From positions 1 through 55,187 of the IMG/VR virus record IMGVR_UViG_3300037846_000003: a stretch of DNA of 55,187 nt. One strand, written 5' to 3'. Positions 17,624 through 26,208 of this stretch are shown piece by piece. The DNA comes from a virus. Taxonomy: Duplodnaviria > Caudoviricetes. Below the pieces are notes generated by a model. The model searched no databases, was not told the origin of the DNA, and worked only from the letters and a program-made list of their open reading frames with translations. Made by a program: the position numbers and the translations under genes. Within the stretch, counting starts at the first letter, position 1. Every line of letters starts with the position of its first letter.

Positions 17624-17663
17624 AGCCCTCCCCGTTTCATTGCCTTGGCGGGGAGGGCTTTTT
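17624..17663 (+). terminator. Rho-independent terminator
   Basis: AGCCCTCCCCG/CGGGGAGGGCT 11-bp stem followed by TTTT. Confidence 0.7.
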
Positions 17664-17686
17664 CTTAACTGCTGGCAGTTAACGAA

Positions 17687-17776
17687 ATGAGGTTCGATCC
17701 GCTGATTATCCTAGCAATTGCATTCTCGATTGCTTATGGTGGTCAGATTATCATCTATTTATTTGGGCTGCATTAG
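17687..17776 (+). CDS. 29-aa hydrophobic peptide (not in ORF track)
   Basis: MRFDPLIILAIAFSIAYGGQIIIYLFGLH, starts just after palindrome copy 17666; weak RBS. Confidence 0.3.
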   Translation: MRFDPLIILAIAFSIAYGGQIIIYLFGLH

Positions 17777-17865
17777 TTCTTTTCTGTTGCCGTGCGTAGC
17801 GTGTGTGCGTTCTAAGTGTAGCATGTTTGCGTACGCTTACATGCTAGAGAGTTACAAGGCAACGC

Positions 17866-19338
17866 ATGCAATCGAACACGCCCGTCCAACGCGGCTGGAC
17901 ATACTATGCACCTCCCACAATATCCAGATTCTTGGAGAGCGATGCTTTTGGGCGGCTCTTATGTGGACCTGTCGGATCGGGCAAGACAACTGCATGCTTG
18001 GTTGAGATCGCCAGACGTATGGGAGAACAAGCTCCCGCCTCTGACGGTAGACGTTATTCTCGCTGGGCTATTATCCGACAATCACTCAAGGACGCCAAGG
18101 CCACAGTCCTAAAAGATGCGAGAGGTTGGTTCGGTGCGCTTGCGGATTGGCGAGTGTCTGAAAGCACGATGTATGTAGATTATGGAGATATCTATTCAGA
18201 GTGGATGTATATCCCTCTAGAGAACCCTGAAGATATAAAACGTCTACTCTCTACACAGTTAACTGGGGCCTACATAAACGAAGCTTCTGAGATCGATATA
18301 GGTCTTTTATCTCATATTGCCGGACGATGTGGCCGGTTTCCCAATGAAGAGTTTGGCGCACCAACATGGCGAGGGATCATAGCCGATACCAATATGCCAA
18401 TCGTGAATACGCCGTGGTGCGATTTTATTTTAAATGCGCCTCCTTTGTGGCAGGTGTTTCGTCAGCCTAGCGGTCTGAGCTTTGAAGCTGAGAACTTAGA
18501 TCACCTCGATCAGACTGCCGATACGTTAATGTTACCAGAGGGGCATCCCGCACGTATAGCGCAGGGGCGAGGGTATTACAATAGATTGGCGACGTTAGGC
18601 ACTGAGGATTATATTAGACGTTATGTTATGGCTGAGTTTGGCAGGGACGTTTCAGGTTCCGCTGTATACCAAGAAAGCTTCCGTTATGAGTTCCACGTCC
18701 GAGAAACCCTATCGCCTGTTCCCGCGCGGCTACTTGTTGTGGGTCAAGACTTTGGACGAAACCCTTGGTCACTTATCACTCAACTCGATCACCGAGGAAG
18801 GCTCCAGTGCTTGGAGGAAGTCGCAGGAGTTGATATCGGCCTTGAACAGCACGTCAAGCAAAATCTTATTCCGGCATTGCTCACGGAGCGTTACGCTGGA
18901 CTGCCGATTGTTGTTGTTGGAGATCCCAGTGGAGAGTACAAAGACAGTCTCTTTGAGCTTAACCATTTCGATCTTCTTACCTCGCTTGGCCTTCCCGCCG
19001 AGCGCGCTCCGACAAACGACATTGACCCGCGTATCCGAGGCGTTGAGGCTATGCTGCTTCGACAAATCGATGGAGGAGGGGCTGTCTTATTTGACCGAGC
19101 TAAATGTCCTACTCTAGTTCAGGCGATGAACGGGGGGTATCGGTATACGAAAGATCGATACGATCAATCCCGCTCTATACCTGATAAGAACAACTTCTCG
19201 CATGTCTCTGATGCGCTGCAATATGTTTGTTTGATTGCCGGGTCGATGAGCGCTTATTCATGGTTGCTGGGGCGAGTGGTTAACAGAAGAAAGATTATTC
19301 GTCCTAGACCAAGGGTAAGCGCGCTAGCGTGGACTTAA
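17866..19338 (+). CDS. terL: Terminase large subunit
   Basis: GPVGSGKT Walker A, AYINEASE Walker B, DTNMP coupling motif, GQDFGR and SHVSDALQY RNase H-like nuclease motifs. Confidence 0.93.
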   Translation: MQSNTPVQRGWTYYAPPTISRFLESDAFGRLLCGPVGSGKTTACLVEIARRMGEQAPASDGRRYSRWAIIRQSLKDAKATVLKDARGWFGALADWRVSESTMYVDYGDIYSEWMYIPLENPEDIKRLLSTQLTGAYINEASEIDIGLLSHIAGRCGRFPNEEFGAPTWRGIIADTNMPIVNTPWCDFILNAPPLWQVFRQPSGLSFEAENLDHLDQTADTLMLPEGHPARIAQGRGYYNRLATLGTEDYIRRYVMAEFGRDVSGSAVYQESFRYEFHVRETLSPVPARLLVVGQDFGRNPWSLITQLDHRGRLQCLEEVAGVDIGLEQHVKQNLIPALLTERYAGLPIVVVGDPSGEYKDSLFELNHFDLLTSLGLPAERAPTNDIDPRIRGVEAMLLRQIDGGGAVLFDRAKCPTLVQAMNGGYRYTKDRYDQSRSIPDKNNFSHVSDALQYVCLIAGSMSAYSWLLGRVVNRRKIIRPRPRVSALAWT

Positions 19339-19556
19339 AGAATAAATTATTAATTGATGGAATTATATTGCTCAAGCGGCTTGAGTTTGACTATGAGCGA
19401 AGGTATGATACGGGTGCTCCTGATGTTAAAGAAGTGTGGATACCGGCTATCATAACCGCTATACAAGACAATCAGTTTACTGTGCAGATACTGAAGACCG
19501 ATCAGATGACAGTGGTCGAAAAGAACCAATATGGGCATACATGGAAGTTCAGATAA
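19329..19556 (+). CDS. Hypothetical protein
   Basis: 75 aa ORF overlapping terL stop. Confidence 0.45.
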   Translation: MDLKNKLLIDGIILLKRLEFDYERRYDTGAPDVKEVWIPAIITAIQDNQFTVQILKTDQMTVVEKNQYGHTWKFR

Positions 19557-19663
19557 TATGTTATGGATCGTTCTTATAGTAGGTTTGTGGTTATTCTCTT
19601 TATCGTGGTATGTGCATTGGTTACATGTACGGATTATGGGTATGGAAGAGGCGTTGGATTATC

Positions 19664-19927
19664 TTATGAGGAAAGAGGCGGGGTTGGAGGATTAGGTTTA
19701 CCTCTCGCTTTCATAACCTCTTGCTTCCATAACGCGATGAAATCATCAATGATATGGTCGGGCCAATTCGCCATCATGCGCGCTGCAATCATAAGCAGGG
19801 CGTTGGCAACATAAGCTTTTTGTATGTGTGTAGGGTTAGGATAAATCCTGTCGAGTAATTTTGTTACTCGTTCAAGAATCATTATGCTCTCTGGTTTATT
19901 CAATGAGCTTTTGGGTCGCTGATCCAT
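19664..19927 (-). CDS. Hypothetical protein
   Basis: 87 aa ORF in short leftward operon. Confidence 0.5.
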   Translation of the reverse strand: MDQRPKSSLNKPESIMILERVTKLLDRIYPNPTHIQKAYVANALLMIAARMMANWPDHIIDDFIALWKQEVMKARGKPNPPTPPLSS

Positions 19928-20351
19928 TCTCTATCCCCTTCACACGCTCATATTCCCATGCCTCGCACACTTCTTGCGCTTCGTATACGTTCATAAACAT
20001 ATCACCCAATATGATTGCATCTGGTTTACCATCGTTTTTCACACTTGCTATCCAGTAGCAACTAAACTTACCGTTTCTGCGATTGACAACATAAGAACAA
20101 CCCTCTGGCTCGGCATAATAGTAATTTATTGTCATCTGCTTCCATCGCATGGCGAGGACCGGCAGATAGGAGTAACCACCTCCCCCAGATTTCCTTTCTG
20201 CGCTTTCTTTAGAACTCGTCAAACGGTTCGTCTGCGGCGAGAGTGCTTTCGTTAAGTCTTTCACCAATTGCTTCGCTAGCTTCTTGCCCTTCTTGATCAT
20301 CCACGGCCTCCATTGGTATACCATACCCAAGCGTATCCCCAAACGTATCAC
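19896..20351 (-). CDS. Hypothetical protein (real start probably near 20150)
   Basis: ORF overlaps putative TerS C-terminus; C-terminal half looks protein-like. Confidence 0.4.
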   Translation of the reverse strand: MIRLGIRLGMVYQWRPWMIKKGKKLAKQLVKDLTKALSPQTNRLTSSKESAERKSGGGGYSYLPVLAMRWKQMTINYYYAEPEGCSYVVNRRNGKFSCYWIASVKNDGKPDAIILGDMFMNVYEAQEVCEAWEYERVKGIENGSATQKLIE

Positions 20352-20904
20352 TGCTGGCAGTTAAGGGCTGTCCATCAATAACAATCGGGTCTTTGCGCCC
20401 TTGCAGATGGATTTCCAGTTTAAAGAATTGGTGATTGCCACCACCCGGTGGTAGCGGTTCTGGGTTGCCCAAACCCCCTATCTTAGATAAGGTCTGGAGC
20501 AAGCTTACGCGAGCCGTTAAGCTTTCTTTGCGTTCCGCTATATCGGCATAGAACATGGGCAACACTTCTTCTGTCATTGCCGCAGCTTTGAGCTTAACCC
20601 GCTTGGGTGTATTGCTCGCTGCATTCCATTCACCCAACGCTAGATTATACATATTCTTAAATGCGCGTGTATCTTTGATAACGTTGTAATCATCCTCGCT
20701 TAAGCCGAGATGTTTGAGAATAGCGTTTGGTTCATGGATATCGCGGGCGAGTTCCACCGCTAACTGCCGCAACCTATCTTCATCCAAATAGCCTGTTTTC
20801 GCTATTTCAGAAGATGAAGATTTATTTACCATTTTCCGAAACCCACTTGACAACTGGCCTATTATATGCATAATGGCCCGTTTTAGGTGTGTTTTAAGTA
20901 ACAC
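20209..20904 (-). CDS. Putative terminase small subunit (likely start 20832)
   Basis: HTH-like ILKHLGLSEDDY, helical core, beta-strand FKLEIHL and acidic tail; located between terL and portal. Confidence 0.5.
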   Translation of the reverse strand: MLLKTHLKRAIMHIIGQLSSGFRKMVNKSSSSEIAKTGYLDEDRLRQLAVELARDIHEPNAILKHLGLSEDDYNVIKDTRAFKNMYNLALGEWNAASNTPKRVKLKAAAMTEEVLPMFYADIAERKESLTARVSLLQTLSKIGGLGNPEPLPPGGGNHQFFKLEIHLQGRKDPIVIDGQPLTASSDTFGDTLGYGIPMEAVDDQEGQEASEAIGERLNESTLAADEPFDEF

Positions 20905-20923
20905 ACTTAAGGGGGCTTGTCAA
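20847..20923. promoter_or_regulatory. Face-to-face sigma70-type promoter pair
   Basis: Plus TTGACA(20847)-16bp-CATAAT toward portal; minus TTGACA(20923)-17bp-TACTTA toward putative terS. Confidence 0.55.
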
Positions 20924-20999
20924 GGGTTTCAAGCGTATAGTGTGCGTAAAGCGTAGCTTGCGTTAACTGCTAACAGTTAAGAGCAGACGTAAAAATGCT

Positions 21000-23378
21000 A
21001 TGGCTTTACCGGGGAACTTGCGCGTCGTAAGTCGCGATGCGACACAGGCACAGTTTCAACTGAATGACAGTACGCGGTCGGCCCAAGCTGCACCGCCCCC
21101 CGATATGTACCGCCTCACCCAAGGGATGATTGGGTTAGCGGGCTTCATCACAGATCAATTCATTATGATGCGGCGTCATCGCGACGACACAGCCTCCGGC
21201 TGGTCTGCTCGCTTGATGCGCGCCCTACGCGCCTTCAATGGCGTGTACGAGCCAGAGATCATTGAGGAGATCAAGCGCTTTGGTGGATCATCTGTTTATG
21301 CGCGCATTATCGCTCAGAAGTGCCGCGGTACGTCGAGCCTTCTCCGAGACGTGTATCTTGGTGCCGACAGGCCGTGGTCACTTGAAGCGCCGACTGATCC
21401 TGATATTCCCCCACCCATCCTTGACGCCATCAACCAACTCATCCAAGAGGAAGTTAGTAAAGCGGTACAAGCGCACTTGGCAGGCATACATGCGAACCGA
21501 GCGCACTTGGCAGGGGTTATGGAAGCGCATCGTGCTGGTGCGGCACAAGGTCAGCCACCGTGGATGGTGGACGCGAGTATTCCCTCTCATACATCGGGTC
21601 CACCCCTACCAACGGGCGACCCTATGCAAGCGGGTATACCGCCGCCTATGCCACCCGCTCCACCCCCACCCATGCCTCAAGCCAATGAAATCCGCGACAG
21701 ATATCGCGGGTTGGTCGAAGATGCGAGGGACCAAGCCAAGCGTATTGCGGTCGAACAGGCTAAGATAGCGGAAGACAAATTAGAAGAGATATTAGCAGAA
21801 GGAAATTTCTATCAAGCCTTTGGCGAATTTTTAGTCGATTTACCTTTATTCCCCTATGCCGTTATTAAAGGCCCCACCGTTAGAATTAAGACCGAAGTAC
21901 GGTGGAACCAGCAAGCTCAACAATCATTCGGGAAGGGTCGCGCCACAGTCGTGGATGTTCCCAAGCTGACTTGGGAGCGGGTTAGTCCATTCGATATCTA
22001 TTGGACACCGGGTGCAACAAGGATCGAAGATGCAAACATCATCGAGCGAACCCGTCTTACCCGTCGTGAAATTAACGATATGCTGGACTTGCCCGGTTAC
22101 AATGTTGCCGAAGTTCGTGCCGTTCTCGACGAATATGGCCGAGGAGGGTTGGTCGATAACTGGGATCAGACTGACTCGGAAAGAGCAATCTTGGAAAGCC
22201 GTGAAAATCCTCGATTCAACCAATCAGGGATGATCGCATGTTTGGAGTATCAGGGTAATGCGCAAGGAAGATATCTCCTTGAATTGGGGATGGACCCCCG
22301 TACCATCCCTGATCCCTTACGAGACTATTTCGTTAATGCGTGGCTCATTGGTCGGCACGTCGTCAAAGTGCAACAATCTCCTTCGCCACGCAAGCGGCAT
22401 CAATATTATGTCACGTCGTTTGAGAAGATACCTGGCACTCCGGTCGGCAATGGGCTTCCCGATCTGCTTGCAGATATCCAAACGGTGTCGAATGCGGCGC
22501 TACGGGCGCTTGTCAATAACCTTTCCATCGCGTCGGGTCCGCAGGTCGTTATCAATGACGACCGTCTAAGCGACGGTGAGAATGCCGAGGACATGTACCC
22601 GTGGAAGCGATGGCATGTTAAATCCGATCCGTTTGGAAATAATCAGCAGGAACCTATTATATTTTTTCAACCTCAATCTAACTCTGGTGATCTGCTTAAC
22701 GTATATACCCAGTTTTCAAGCTTGGCTGATGAAGCATCAGCTATCCCTCGCTTTCTCACAGGTGTTCCTCCTACTGGTGGTTTGGGCCGTACAGCTAGCG
22801 GCCTGTCTATGCTTATTCAAAACTCCTCGAAAATCCTTCAAACAGTCGCCTCCAACATAGACCGCGATATTATGCAGGGTGTGTTGGACAACCTGATGGA
22901 TATGGTGTTGCTCACCGATCAATCAGGGCTTCTCAGTGGTGAAGAGAAGGTGCGCGTGCTAGGCGTGAACGTCGCTGTACAGCGCGATACGCAACGCGCT
23001 CGTCAAGAACAGTTCCTACAAATGACCATGAACCCGATAGACAATGCGATCATTGGGCCAATGGGTCGTGCGCAAATCCTTCGTTCCGTTGCAGATGGTC
23101 TGGGTCTACCGGGAGAAGATATCGTTCCTTCCGAAGACAAGATGAAGAAGATGCAAGAGCAAGCGCAGGAGACAGCAGCGCAGCAAGGGCAAGTCGGCCA
23201 CGCCATGGGACAACCGCAGCCGGGTGGGGCTGGGGGTGGGCCATCTGCACCGCCTCAAGCAGCGGGACCAACAGGCGCACCCGGTATGCAGGGGCCACAG
23301 GCTCCTCCCGCTGGTGGGCCACGGACAGCTACGCAAGGTCAGACTGGGCCGAGTGGAGGTCAGACGACGCAGGGATAG
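21000..23378 (+). CDS. Portal protein
   Basis: 792 aa, first gene of head operon; RVSPFDIY, GNGLPDLL, NNLSIASGPQV, GRTASGLSML; Q/P/G-rich tail. Confidence 0.85.
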   Translation: MALPGNLRVVSRDATQAQFQLNDSTRSAQAAPPPDMYRLTQGMIGLAGFITDQFIMMRRHRDDTASGWSARLMRALRAFNGVYEPEIIEEIKRFGGSSVYARIIAQKCRGTSSLLRDVYLGADRPWSLEAPTDPDIPPPILDAINQLIQEEVSKAVQAHLAGIHANRAHLAGVMEAHRAGAAQGQPPWMVDASIPSHTSGPPLPTGDPMQAGIPPPMPPAPPPPMPQANEIRDRYRGLVEDARDQAKRIAVEQAKIAEDKLEEILAEGNFYQAFGEFLVDLPLFPYAVIKGPTVRIKTEVRWNQQAQQSFGKGRATVVDVPKLTWERVSPFDIYWTPGATRIEDANIIERTRLTRREINDMLDLPGYNVAEVRAVLDEYGRGGLVDNWDQTDSERAILESRENPRFNQSGMIACLEYQGNAQGRYLLELGMDPRTIPDPLRDYFVNAWLIGRHVVKVQQSPSPRKRHQYYVTSFEKIPGTPVGNGLPDLLADIQTVSNAALRALVNNLSIASGPQVVINDDRLSDGENAEDMYPWKRWHVKSDPFGNNQQEPIIFFQPQSNSGDLLNVYTQFSSLADEASAIPRFLTGVPPTGGLGRTASGLSMLIQNSSKILQTVASNIDRDIMQGVLDNLMDMVLLTDQSGLLSGEEKVRVLGVNVAVQRDTQRARQEQFLQMTMNPIDNAIIGPMGRAQILRSVADGLGLPGEDIVPSEDKMKKMQEQAQETAAQQGQVGHAMGQPQPGGAGGGPSAPPQAAGPTGAPGMQGPQAPPAGGPRTATQGQTGPSGGQTTQG

Positions 23379-23387
23379 GAGAATATT

Positions 23388-23822
23388 ATGGCGCGCAAAA
23401 AAGGCATGATGGGACCGGGTAGTAAGGCAATGGGTGGAGCAGGTATCAAGCCCTCCCCCTCACCCACGCCGATGGCGGGTCGTCCTCCCATGGGCGCACC
23501 CGGTGGGATGCCCGGTGGTGGGCTTGGCGCTGGCCCGCCTCGCCCGCCTATGGGTATGCCTTCGCCCGGTGGGCAGCGCGTAGCCCCTTCCCCTGCGGGC
23601 GGGATGGGTGGCGCGGCTGGCTTCAAGCATGGTGGTGAAGCGGAGAAGAAGCGCGACCGGCATGAGAAACTAGCTCATGGCGGTGAGGTCGGAGAACCAA
23701 AAGAACGCATGGATGAAGACCGAAACGAGCGGAAAGCGTTCAACAAGGGTGGCGCGGTTGGTGGCGGTGACGCCAAGGGACGGGTTGGCCGCGATAGGGG
23801 TGGTGCGGGCAAAGCCTGTTAA
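23388..23822 (+). CDS. Gly/Pro/Met-rich low-complexity late protein
   Basis: RBS AGGAG; FKHGGE, LAHGGEV, FNKGGAV motifs. Confidence 0.7.
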   Translation: MARKKGMMGPGSKAMGGAGIKPSPSPTPMAGRPPMGAPGGMPGGGLGAGPPRPPMGMPSPGGQRVAPSPAGGMGGAAGFKHGGEAEKKRDRHEKLAHGGEVGEPKERMDEDRNERKAFNKGGAVGGGDAKGRVGRDRGGAGKAC

Positions 23823-23889
23823 CTGCGTGCAGTTAAGCCGCTGCGATGGTTATGAACAGTTAGAACTGTTCCCGTTAGGAGAGATTACG

Positions 23890-24177
23890 ATGGGTAAAAT
23901 CGAAAGCCGATCAGAGAAGCCAGAGATGTTCGCCAAGGGTGGTAAAGATAAGATGTTTGAGCGTGGCACCGCCCATTCCGCCGTTTCCGATGTATCGGGC
24001 AAGCCCAAGCAGGGTGGCGAGGAGGGGAACGAGCGCGCCAAGGATCGCAAGGGCGAACTATCGACAGGGAAGGATTTCACTTTCCAGAAGGGCGGCGGTT
24101 CCGGCAGAATGTTCGGTAAGGGCCACGCGGGCAAGAAAACCGCCGGTACCAGCGGGAAAGAATCGCAAGAAGGCTGA
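23890..24177 (+). CDS. Small basic low-complexity late protein
   Basis: RBS AGGAG before MGKIES; FAKGG and FQKGG motifs. Confidence 0.65.
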   Translation: MGKIESRSEKPEMFAKGGKDKMFERGTAHSAVSDVSGKPKQGGEEGNERAKDRKGELSTGKDFTFQKGGGSGRMFGKGHAGKKTAGTSGKESQEG

Positions 24178-24198
24178 CGCCTTCTGGGAGATGTAAAG

Positions 24199-24750
24199 AT
24201 GGCGCTCCAGATCCCCTACGATATCGACTACGGCACCCGTAACGCTGTATTGTCGGCATTAGCCCTAGAGGTTGAAGCAGCGGGTGGGACCGTGGCCGGT
24301 ATCTCTCCTCTTGCCGGGGAGACGCATCCGAATTGGGTGATGTTTATCAATCGCCTCAATGTGGCTGTGAATGCGTTAGGAGCGTCACCACCTTTGCCAA
24401 CATATCGATGGTTGGACTACAGCGCGTTCGGTTCAGTGGTGAGTGCGATACAGGATGCGATTGAACCGATTTTGAATCCGCCGCCAGTTGTCAATCCGGC
24501 GAATTTCGATATTACTCTTCCAGCGAATAACTTACAGACTGTTGGTACGGTTACAGCTACCAATGGTGGGGCTAACTTCGCTATTACGAGTGGGAATGGG
24601 GCTGGATATTTTGCGATATCTGCTGGTGGACAATTGCTCACCAGTGCAACGGGGGCCAATATGGTTGGTGGGGTCTATGCGTTAGGTGTTACAGCCCGTA
24701 ATGCGGGCGGCACAAGCGCTCCGGGTGCTGTTACGGTGACTGCGGCATGA
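24199..24750 (+). CDS. Putative virion decoration protein with cadherin/Ig-like C-terminal domain
   Basis: VGTVTAT...FAITSGNGAGYFAISAGGQL...YALGVTARN. Confidence 0.55.
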   Translation: MALQIPYDIDYGTRNAVLSALALEVEAAGGTVAGISPLAGETHPNWVMFINRLNVAVNALGASPPLPTYRWLDYSAFGSVVSAIQDAIEPILNPPPVVNPANFDITLPANNLQTVGTVTATNGGANFAITSGNGAGYFAISAGGQLLTSATGANMVGGVYALGVTARNAGGTSAPGAVTVTAA

Positions 24751-25085
24751 CAGACGCTTTTACATCCGATGGTAAAGCTCGCTCGAATATAGCGGCGTTC
24801 GCTATTACCTTACCGCCGATCCCCAATGATATTGGGTTGTCGGCGCGTGTTAGTGTTCTCAGTGATCTTGGTACGGTCATCAATGACAATGGTGGCAATA
24901 TCAAGGTGCTTTCTCGTAGTGCGGCTTACGATCAATCGTCGGTTACGCAGCGTATCAACGATATCTCTGCTGCGTTGAACACGATGGGGGCATCTCCCCC
25001 TTGTCCGATCTATACCAGTACCGACTACAATTCTTTTAGTTCGATTATCAAGATCATCGTTGCAGCTATGGCGGCGCTACCATGA
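24747..25085 (+). CDS. Paralog of N-terminal domain of preceding gene
   Basis: Shared IP.DI...R..VLS.L...GG, and GASPP.P.Y...DY..F. Confidence 0.6.
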   Translation: MTDAFTSDGKARSNIAAFAITLPPIPNDIGLSARVSVLSDLGTVINDNGGNIKVLSRSAAYDQSSVTQRINDISAALNTMGASPPCPIYTSTDYNSFSSIIKIIVAAMAALP

Positions 25086-25309
25086 TGGACTTGGATGAAC
25101 AAGTGTGCGCGATTATCCGCGCCAATGTAGAGGCAAACAGGCGATTGGAGAGCTTTTATGCGCCCGATCCGCCGAAAGAATTGGTTATGTCGCTCGATAC
25201 TGTGAAGGAGCAACATCGAAAGGTCAATGAGATTGCTTCTCGTATGCGAGCGCGGCATTTTGCGTCTATGAATGTGTTAGGTAGTGCGGTGAGTGAGGCG
25301 TTGCCATGA
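25082..25309 (+). CDS. Hypothetical protein
   Basis: 75 aa ORF with ATGA overlaps. Confidence 0.5.
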   Translation: MMDLDEQVCAIIRANVEANRRLESFYAPDPPKELVMSLDTVKEQHRKVNEIASRMRARHFASMNVLGSAVSEALP

Positions 25310-25533
25310 GAACAATTGGTTGGGCAGTTAAGGAGATGCAAGACGGTGCCCGTGTGCGTCGAGAGGGTTGGAATGGTAAGGGCATGTGGCTCGCAATTGA
25401 GCATCCGCGCCCCATCTTGGGACAACTCAATATGACGACGCCATATGTTTATTTGTCAACCGCGCAAGGCGCTATTGTGCCATGGACCTGTTCGCAAAGC
25501 GATTTACTGGCGACAGATTGGGAGGGTGCATGA
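25306..25533 (+). CDS. tad2: DUF2829 / Tad2-like anti-defence sponge protein
   Basis: AVKEMQDGARVRREGWNGKGMWL...PYVY...VPWTCSQSDLLATDW is the DUF2829 signature. Confidence 0.75.
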   Translation: MRTIGWAVKEMQDGARVRREGWNGKGMWLAIEHPRPILGQLNMTTPYVYLSTAQGAIVPWTCSQSDLLATDWEGA

Positions 25534-25703
25534 TGGAGAAACTACCCCCGGTCGTCTATGGCGATCCAGTCATCGACAAGATGAACGCCTACTTGTGGAG
25601 CCTTGAAGTTCCGAAACACAGTGATGAAATTCAACGACTGCAATTGGAAGTGGTCGAGTTGGAAAGGAAGCATTGGAATGGACAAGGCAAGCGAAAGAAA
25701 TAA
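25530..25703 (+). CDS. Hypothetical protein
   Basis: ATGA overlap, RBS GGAGG. Confidence 0.45.
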   Translation: MMEKLPPVVYGDPVIDKMNAYLWSLEVPKHSDEIQRLQLEVVELERKHWNGQGKRKK

Positions 25704-25959
25704 AGACGCCAAAGAGTGTGGCGACACCGATATCGGTATCCACGACTACAAGGCTGGCGGTAAGCGTCAGCAATTGAATGGTCTATGGAATGTCGTCAGC
25801 GAAGACGTGGTGGGTTTGCCGCCGACACGGTTGGCAACCAACTGCTATAAGAAGGATGACGACAAGAAGAAGGGTGGTTTGCTCGATATCCTAGTCGAGG
25901 AAAACGATACGAGAGGTCCGCCGCTTCTCAATACCAGCAAACCGGCGCGGGTGTTCTAG
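25678..25959 (+). CDS. Hypothetical protein
   Basis: RBS AAGGA before MDKASE. Confidence 0.5.
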   Translation: MDKASERNKDAKECGDTDIGIHDYKAGGKRQQLNGLWNVVSEDVVGLPPTRLATNCYKKDDDKKKGGLLDILVEENDTRGPPLLNTSKPARVF

Positions 25960-26207
25960 TGAATGAAGCACGTGAAGCACGCGATGAATATATCAAGGCG
26001 ATGTATAGGCTGGCGAAATCAGCGCCCGGTCCATGGTTGGAGTTCGTGGCGCGGTTTGATGCGTATACGCAAGCAGAATTGGAGCAGGGGATCGGCACCT
26101 CAAATGCCGATATGGCGGTATCTTTGGGCATGGGGAGGCGGATGGTAAACCTCCGTAACGATTTTCGTGATGTTGACAAGATTGCAGATAAGGTGAAGGT
26201 GGCGTAA
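25959..26207 (+). CDS. Hypothetical head-region protein
   Basis: 82 aa helical ORF immediately upstream of scaffold. Confidence 0.6.
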   Translation: MNEAREARDEYIKAMYRLAKSAPGPWLEFVARFDAYTQAELEQGIGTSNADMAVSLGMGRRMVNLRNDFRDVDKIADKVKVA

Positions 26208-26208
26208 G

